From an uncultured archaeon (GTDB lineage: Archaea; Iainarchaeota; Iainarchaeia; Iainarchaeales; DATDZZ01): a stretch of 32,000 bases of DNA. The notes under the pieces are model-generated. The model did no database searches. It saw nothing but the letters and a program-made list of their open reading frames with translations, and was not told the DNA's origin. The DNA is taken from contig CAYJVY010000005.1 of the NCBI GenBank assembly GCA_964373795.1, positions 23,846 through 55,845 of the forward strand, in the 5' to 3' direction. Both the position numbers and the translations under genes were made by a program. Positions 27,814-32,000 of the stretch are shown in pieces (position 1 is the stretch's first letter; every line of letters starts with the position of its first letter).

Positions 27814-28209
27814 TCAAAACTTTATTCTTTTTATTTCAGAAACCCTATCAAAATCAGAGTCATCTGAAGCAATTTCTTTAATTTCACGTTCCTTCATTAT
27901 TGCTACATGAAATGCATCTCTGGGTTTTAAGTTATATTTTTCAATAAAATCTAAAGCTGAAAAAGGAATCATTGAATTTACTTCAATAATATCTGTATTA
28001 GGCAAAGAATAAATGTCTTGAATTGTTTCACGCAATAGAGAGTGTTTCTTGTTTTTAATGAGAACCCAAATTACTTCATCTAATACTAAAGCAGATGTTA
28101 CTGCTTTTCTTCCTTGTATAATAGATTCTTGAAGTTTTCTTGCATTTCCACCTTTTTCAGTTAAATCAAAGTTTGCTAAAATAAAAAAATTTGCGTCTAA
28201 ATAAATCAT
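27814..28209 (-). CDS. vapC: PIN-domain toxin (VapC-type)
   Basis: MIYLDANFFILA, LVLDEVIWVL, RDAFHVAIM and IASDDSDFDRV give the PIN acidic pattern. The gene overlaps its upstream antitoxin gene by 4 nt (28206-28209). Its stop lies only 7 nt from the stop of convergent giant 4. Confidence 0.85.
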   Translation of the reverse strand: MIYLDANFFILANFDLTEKGGNARKLQESIIQGRKAVTSALVLDEVIWVLIKNKKHSLLRETIQDIYSLPNTDIIEVNSMIPFSALDFIEKYNLKPRDAFHVAIMKEREIKEIASDDSDFDRVSEIKRIKF

Positions 28210-28457
28210 CTAAATTCCTCTTCATAAAGTTTGTCGCCATAAATCCATCCAAGTTTCTTAAGGTTTCCGCCATGCTTTTTTGCTCGTTCAGCCCATTTTT
28301 TAACTAAATCATCAGATACCAAAGGATGAATTTCAAGAATGTGTTCTTTAACTTCCATTAAAACATTTCCAGATTCTTTTATTCCAAGACTTTCTCTAAT
28401 AATTTTTGGAATAACTACTTGCCCTTTTGGGCCAACTCTAGTTTTAAATCTAACCAT
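28206..28457 (-). CDS. vapB: AbrB/SpoVT-fold antitoxin (VapB-type)
   Basis: GPKGQVVIPKIIRESLGIKESGNVLMEV is an AbrB/SpoVT swapped-hairpin motif. The protein is 83 aa and the gene is coupled to the PIN gene. Confidence 0.8.
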   Translation of the reverse strand: MVRFKTRVGPKGQVVIPKIIRESLGIKESGNVLMEVKEHILEIHPLVSDDLVKKWAERAKKHGGNLKKLGWIYGDKLYEEEFR

Positions 28458-28557
28458 AAGTATTACTTTGTAAAACCACTATATATACTTTTTGTGTTTA
28501 ACGTTCTTAAAAAACGTTTAGAGGAAGATTTAAATAAAATAAGTGGAATAAATTAGT
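28458..28557. promoter_or_regulatory. Divergent promoter region with two TATA-like boxes and a pair of AACGTT palindromic hexamers
   Basis: TATATATA (28480-28487) is centred about 27 nt from the minus-strand ATG at 28457. TTTAAATA (28529-28536) is centred about 25 nt from the plus-strand ATG at 28558. Both spacings fit leaderless archaeal transcripts. AACGTT occurs at 28500-28505 and 28513-28518, between the two boxes. Confidence 0.45.
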
Positions 28558-28923
28558 ATGCTTCAATTAATGCCTTTATTATTTATTGGAGAATTTTTTT
28601 CAGATTTCACTTTAGTGTTAAAAATATTTGTTTTTCTTACAATTGTAAGCTTTGTTAAAAACCATGTAGGAAATAATGTTATTGCAATTGTAATAACTAT
28701 TTTGTTTAGCTGGTATGCATTGTTTGTAGCATTTGCTTTTTTTGGAACAATTTACTTGCTTTACACGTTATTGTTGCTAGGAGTAAGCGGAATTGTAATT
28801 GATTTCTTTTTTGTTTCACAGTCAGCTGGACATCAAAACTTGCAAGATAATTCCCCTGTTTCAAGTGGATATGATATTGTTAAAAGACAAGTAGCATCTC
28901 GACAAGCAATGATGAGAAGGTAA
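28558..28923 (+). CDS. Small polytopic membrane protein A (121 aa; the start may instead be the ATG at 28570)
   Basis: About 3 hydrophobic helices (FTLVLKIFVFLTIVSF, VIAIVITILFSWYALFVAFAFFG, IYLLYTLLLLGVSGIVIDFFFV) and a basic C-tail (KRQVASRQAMMRR). First gene of a tight same-strand cluster. Confidence 0.7.
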   Translation: MLQLMPLLFIGEFFSDFTLVLKIFVFLTIVSFVKNHVGNNVIAIVITILFSWYALFVAFAFFGTIYLLYTLLLLGVSGIVIDFFFVSQSAGHQNLQDNSPVSSGYDIVKRQVASRQAMMRR

Positions 28924-28930
28924 AAAAATT

Positions 28931-29275
28931 ATGAATGAAAAAGGTTTTGTTCCTCCAATGATTTTATTAATTGTAGGCGCATTTTTAATAGTTTTAATTA
29001 TTCCACCAATTTTGTTAACCTTGTTTCCCTTTGTTAGACTGATTTTCCAAATTGCAATGATTTTCATGATTTACATTATGGTTAAAGGATATATTGGTGA
29101 TGGCCCTTTAACTCTAATTATTTCAGGAATACTAATCTATTTTTTAGTTTTCAAATACACTTTGCTTACTTCAACTTTGTGGGTTTTTCAAACACTTTTA
29201 ATGTATTCATTTTTTTCAATGGTTATATGGGGAGTTGGAACTCAAACACCTCGTTTTTTTCAAAAAAGGGCTTGA
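28931..29275 (+). CDS. Small polytopic membrane protein B (114 aa)
   Basis: 3-4 hydrophobic helices and a basic C-tail (PRFFQKRA). The gene starts 7 nt after gene A, with AGGT upstream. Confidence 0.7.
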   Translation: MNEKGFVPPMILLIVGAFLIVLIIPPILLTLFPFVRLIFQIAMIFMIYIMVKGYIGDGPLTLIISGILIYFLVFKYTLLTSTLWVFQTLLMYSFFSMVIWGVGTQTPRFFQKRA

Positions 29276-29367
29276 AAACAATTCAATTAATGCCTTTAAC
29301 CATTTAACATAAGGATTATAAATGAAAAAAATAATGAATATATTATTGAATTAAATTAGATGATTAA

Positions 29368-29628
29368 ATGGCTTCAGCTGCATACATTGCTTCGTTTTTT
29401 GACAACATATACATTGCATTACTTTTATTTATTTTAATTTGGATTTTCAGTTGGGCTAAAGGAGCTTTAGGCAGCCCAAAACTAGCTATTTTATTTGCAT
29501 TAATAATTGTGTACTTAACTGTATACCAATTCCCTGAATTAGTGTGGATTGGAGTGGGATTGTTTTTGTTTGCAACATTTGGAAAAGACTTGCTTGCAAA
29601 TGTTAACTTTCATCAAGGAAGAAGATAA
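29368..29628 (+). CDS. Small polytopic membrane protein C (86 aa)
   Basis: About 3 hydrophobic helices and a basic C-terminus (HQGRR). It shares the K-[GN]-x-[VIL]-G-x3-[IL] segment with A and B. Confidence 0.65.
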   Translation: MASAAYIASFFDNIYIALLLFILIWIFSWAKGALGSPKLAILFALIIVYLTVYQFPELVWIGVGLFLFATFGKDLLANVNFHQGRR

Positions 29629-29630
29629 TT

Positions 29631-29942
29631 ATGGATGCATTTACTTTTTTAATGGCAATTGTTTTAATTATTTTAGGAGTATCCTTTGGAGAAAAATGGA
29701 TTGTGTTTGGAATAATTTTATTACTAATTTTAACTCAAAGATCAATTATTTTAAGTGTGTTATTAATTTTTGCTGGAGCATTGATTTACATTATTCAAGC
29801 ATTTGGTTTAAGTTATTTATGGCCAGTAGTAATTTTTGGATTAATTATTTTAGGTTTAATGTTTGGAATTCAACCTCAAGAACAAGCTCCTGAAATGTGG
29901 AGTCCAGAAGGAGGAGGCGGAGGATTACTTGGCGGGATTTAA
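29631..29942 (+). CDS. Small polytopic membrane protein D (103 aa) with a Gly-rich C-tail
   Basis: About 3 hydrophobic helices and a C-terminal QPQEQAPEMWSPEGGGGGLLGGI. The gene starts 2 nt after the stop of gene C. Confidence 0.7.
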   Translation: MDAFTFLMAIVLIILGVSFGEKWIVFGIILLLILTQRSIILSVLLIFAGALIYIIQAFGLSYLWPVVIFGLIILGLMFGIQPQEQAPEMWSPEGGGGGLLGGI

Positions 29943-30272
29943 TTGAATTTAGTAGTACTTCTATTACTTTTTTTAGCATTTCTTTACTTGATTTCAGTCA
30001 ATGAAGTTTTTCTGGCAATTGTTCTTGCAATATTGGGAATTGTATTAATTCTTTTCCCAAAAGGAGTTCAAGAAGAAATAAAACTAGTAAGTGAAGCAAA
30101 AGGAAGTTATCCAGACAAAGAAATCTTTTTAGAAGCCGCGCATAACTTAAACAAGCATTTAATGAATATTGGAACTCCAAAACAAAGATATGGAGAAAAA
30201 AGCAATTTAACTGAATTAATGCCTGACAACATTAACTATTTTTTCAAGCAATTAAGAAAATTATTCAAGTAA
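29943..30272 (+). CDS. Small membrane-anchored protein E (109 aa; TTG start)
   Basis: Two N-terminal hydrophobic helices (LVVLLLLFLAFLYLI, FLAIVLAILGIVLILF) precede a soluble tail of about 65 aa. The TTG start directly abuts the TAA of gene D, and there is no in-frame ATG until well inside the soluble part. Confidence 0.55.
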   Translation: MNLVVLLLLFLAFLYLISVNEVFLAIVLAILGIVLILFPKGVQEEIKLVSEAKGSYPDKEIFLEAAHNLNKHLMNIGTPKQRYGEKSNLTELMPDNINYFFKQLRKLFK

Positions 30273-30282
30273 GCTTTTCTTC

Positions 30283-30299
30283 CGACGTTTCGCTCGTCG
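30283..30299. terminator. GC-rich hairpin between convergent genes
   Basis: CGACG (30283-30287) / loop TTTCGCT / CGTCG (30295-30299) lies within a locally GC-rich stretch (30281-30307) between the stops at 30272 (+) and 30310 (-). Confidence 0.4.
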
Positions 30300-30309
30300 A
30301 ACGCGACAT

Positions 30310-30825
30310 TTACAACTTGTTTAAAATTTGTCTTTCAGTTTCAAGCAAGTCTTTTAAAAGTTTTTCAATGGATTGATTTGTTCCCTTCATTTCAGACAAC
30401 TTTGATTCTAGCTCTAATATTCTTGACTCGAATTGCTTTAAATCAGTTGAACTACTTTTAAGCAACATGCTTCGCAATTCATTTAATTGCTCTGATAAAT
30501 GGTCAAGCATTACTTGAGTAGCTGCATGCTTTGAATCATCTACATCTGAAAACCTTGTAGGCCCTAAAGATTCTGGTTCTTCAGATTCTGTTTCTGCTTC
30601 TTCTGATTCAGTTTCAGGTTCTGATTCTAGTTCAGGTTCAGGAGTTGCCTTTATTGCAGGAGATTTAACTCTAGTTTTTCCTCCGCCTTTAATTTCGCTT
30701 AAAATAGTTCTAGCATCTTTTTCAGTTAACCCAGAATCGAGTAATTCTTTAACAATTTCTTCTTCACTTAAACCTGCATCCAATAAAATTTTTGCTTGCT
30801 TTAAAAAAATTTCTTTTCCAGGCAT
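30310..30825 (-). CDS. Hypothetical protein: duplicated N-terminal helical motif, acidic PE/SE linker, C-terminal coiled coil
   Basis: 171-aa ORF with GAGTGAG (Shine-Dalgarno-like) 4 nt upstream of the ATG. It contains LLDAGLSEEEI / LLDSGLTEKDA, then EPELESEPETESEEAETESEEPES, then heptad-like LKQFESRILELESKLSEMK...LLKDLLETERQILNKL. Confidence 0.75.
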   Translation of the reverse strand: MPGKEIFLKQAKILLDAGLSEEEIVKELLDSGLTEKDARTILSEIKGGGKTRVKSPAIKATPEPELESEPETESEEAETESEEPESLGPTRFSDVDDSKHAATQVMLDHLSEQLNELRSMLLKSSSTDLKQFESRILELESKLSEMKGTNQSIEKLLKDLLETERQILNKL

Positions 30826-30920
30826 TTAACTCACTCAAAGCATAATTTTATGCCGGTATTTGACAACGGCGAAAGCTTAATTATTTATATTATTAACACT
30901 ATATATAGTTTACTTTTGAT

Positions 30921-31040
30921 TCAGCCTCGCGGTCACGCGCCTTGAACGCGCAAGGTCTCGTGCGTCGACACGAGGGCCTGCATAGGCCTTCAGCTTCGCC
31001 GGCTGATCGCTTCAGCTTCGCCTGATGAACGGTGGTGGAA
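30921..31040. ncRNA. GC-rich structured/repeat element (structured 5' leader, small RNA or protein-binding iteron array; strand unresolved)
   Basis: G+C is 76/120 in an AT-rich background. Three copies of TTCAGCYTCGC occur (30920-30930, 30989-30999, 31011-31021). Hairpins are CTCGTG/CACGAG (30957-30974), AGGGCC/GGCCTT (30973-30990, including one G-U pair) and CGCG/CGCG (30936-30950). A possible closing helix is TCAGCC (30921-30926) with GGCTGA (31001-31006). A TATA-like ACTATATATAG lies at 30898-30908 just upstream, and a GGTGGTGG Shine-Dalgarno motif lies at 31031-31038. Confidence 0.45.
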
Positions 31041-31045
31041 AAAAA

Positions 31046-32000
31046 ATGCATTTATTTAATTTAAGAAACGGTCCTTGGGAAATTCTTTTCGAAGGAACTC
31101 TTCATAGCCTTGAAACAGGAATTTACACTAATTCAAGAAAAGATTTTTTAATAATTATTTTAGACAAAGAAGGGCATGCAATTAAAGGCGCGTTAACCCA
31201 GTTTTACACTGTTTTTTTAGTTGAAGGAGAAATAGATTCATTAATTCAGGAAAAGGAAAGCATTGCGTTAATTAGAAGTGAAGGATTTGAAAAACACAAA
31301 TTTCTTTTAATTCCAAGTTCATCTGAATACATTGCTTGGAAGGAAAAAGAATTCATTGAAAAAACAAGTCAAATGTTTAAAGAATTAGAAGAATTAAAAG
31401 AAAAAACAAAGGAAACAGCAAAAAAATTAAAATTAAATGCTGTAAGCTTGAATGAATGCAAAACAGAAGTAAAAGAAGGATTCTTAAATCAACCATTGCT
31501 TGCTCCGTTAATTTCTTCTCAATTAAAAGAAAAAGAAACATCAAATGAAATTAAAATAGAGAAATCTTTAAGTGGAGAAGTAATTCTTGGCTTGAATAGA
31601 GAAAATATTTTAATTTCAGAACCTTTTTCATTATTTAAAAAAACAATTGCTTCAGGAAATGAGGACTTGAATAGAATTCATTTACTTCATGTATTAATTG
31701 AAGGACTATTGCTTTCAAACATTGACTGCATTGCATTTGAATTTGAAGAAAAATTTAAAGGATTAGATACTCCTACAAGCAAGTTAAATGAATTAAAAGC
31801 AAGCAAAATTGAAATAGAGCCAATAGGTTTTCCAGTGAAAAAATTTCAAGCAAAACAAGAAATAAAAGTTGACTTGAATTTATTAAAAGCTGAATCTTTA
31901 ATGGATTTATTTGGAGTAACAGATAAAGAATTAATTGAATTTCTTGAAGCAAGGTTAAGAGAAAAAGAACACACAGATTTACAAGAATTCATTCAAACAC
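31046..32000 (+). CDS. 3'-truncated ORF of unknown function (possible HerA/DUF87-like fold with degenerate P-loop)
   Basis: The ATG at 31046 is preceded by GGTGGTGG 7 nt upstream. I translated 318 codons by hand to the window end and found no stop. This ORF is absent from the supplied ORF track, presumably because it has no stop in the window. Confidence 0.75.
   Translation, partial: MHLFNLRNGPWEILFEGTLHSLETGIYTNSRKDFLIIILDKEGHAIKGALTQFYTVFLVEGEIDSLIQEKESIALIRSEGFEKHKFLLIPSSSEYIAWKEKEFIEKTSQMFKELEELKEKTKETAKKLKLNAVSLNECKTEVKEGFLNQPLLAPLISSQLKEKETSNEIKIEKSLSGEVILGLNRENILISEPFSLFKKTIASGNEDLNRIHLLHVLIEGLLLSNIDCIAFEFEEKFKGLDTPTSKLNELKASKIEIEPIGFPVKKFQAKQEIKVDLNLLKAESLMDLFGVTDKELIEFLEARLREKEHTDLQEFIQT

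Noticed and set aside
29549-29893. 114-aa plus-strand ORF overlapping small membrane genes C and D in another frame
   Set aside because: Its C/W/N/F-rich translation is typical of an out-of-frame reading of hydrophobic-protein genes. The two in-frame genes (29368-29628, 29631-29942) have clean helices, tight spacing and better starts.
28558-30272. Mrp/Mbh/Eha-type small membrane subunits (NuoK/MrpC-, MrpF-, MrpG-like)
   Set aside because: I could not find the family hallmarks: no NuoK-type intramembrane Glu context and no MrpG G-x-h-G-h-h-R-h-P-D-h-Y-x-R-h-H motif. No large antiporter or hydrogenase subunits are adjacent. The proteins are left as an unknown family.
30921-31006. Canonical tRNA gene on the minus strand (T-arm-like GCGCG-TTCAAGG-CGCGT, three adjacent hairpins, 6-bp closing helix)
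   Set aside because: The would-be anticodon arm has a 6-nt (or 8-nt) loop rather than 7. The D-arm-like hairpin has a 6-nt loop without GG. There are 12 nt instead of 2 between the acceptor and D stems, and 8 nt between the T-stem and the 3' acceptor strand. The 7 nt following the T-arm (GACCGCG) have no complementary 5' partner. I keep it only as tRNA-like or unknown in the findings.
31003-31028. C/D-box sRNA (CTGA at 31003-31006, CTGATGA at 31022-31028)
   Set aside because: The box order (D-like before C-like) and the 19-nt spacing do not fit the C-D'-C'-D architecture. I found no terminal stem or second box pair on either strand.
1-32000. CRISPR array, diversity-generating retroelement, IS/transposon, integrase or prophage boundaries
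   Set aside because: There are no regularly spaced direct repeats, and no reverse-transcriptase, transposase or integrase-like ORF in any frame of the supplied track. I saw no near-identical template/variable repeat pair, but I could not do an exhaustive nucleotide self-alignment by eye. A dot-plot would be the decisive check.

Overview
AT-rich, archaeal-looking fragment. The evidence is GGTG/GTGA Shine-Dalgarno-like motifs, TATA-like boxes about 25 nt upstream of apparently leaderless starts, and archaeal-type VapB/PIN and MNT/HEPN modules. A small-genome DPANN-like host is my guess, not demonstrated. About 78% of the window (24,948 of 32,000 nt) is taken by four co-oriented, tandem, deeply diverged paralogs of one giant protein family. 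These are a 1130-codon ORF whose frame is open to the left window edge (15-3407) and three complete genes of 2498, 2344 and 2340 codons (6186-13682, 13727-20761, 20784-27806; spacers 44 and 22 nt). Each complete giant has an N-terminal membrane anchor and about 6 carboxypeptidase-regulatory-like beta-sandwich repeats. These are followed by a large conserved central region, a mid-protein hydrophobic segment or hairpin, and a Cys-containing C-terminal module of about 630-650 aa that I cannot assign to any family I know. Three toxin-antitoxin modules (MNT-HEPN, AbrB-PIN, VapB-PIN; 3659-5989) are wedged between giant 1 and giant 2. A fourth (AbrB-PIN, minus strand, 27814-28457) abuts the 3' end of giant 4. 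Downstream lie five tightly packed genes for small polytopic membrane proteins (28558-30272) and a convergent acidic/coiled-coil protein gene (30310-30825). Next come a conspicuous 120-nt GC-rich element full of repeats and hairpins (30921-31040; 76/120 G+C counted by hand) and a 3'-truncated ORF (31046-32000) with a possible degenerate HerA/DUF87-like P-loop region. I saw no rRNA, canonical tRNA, CRISPR array, transposase, integrase or reverse transcriptase.
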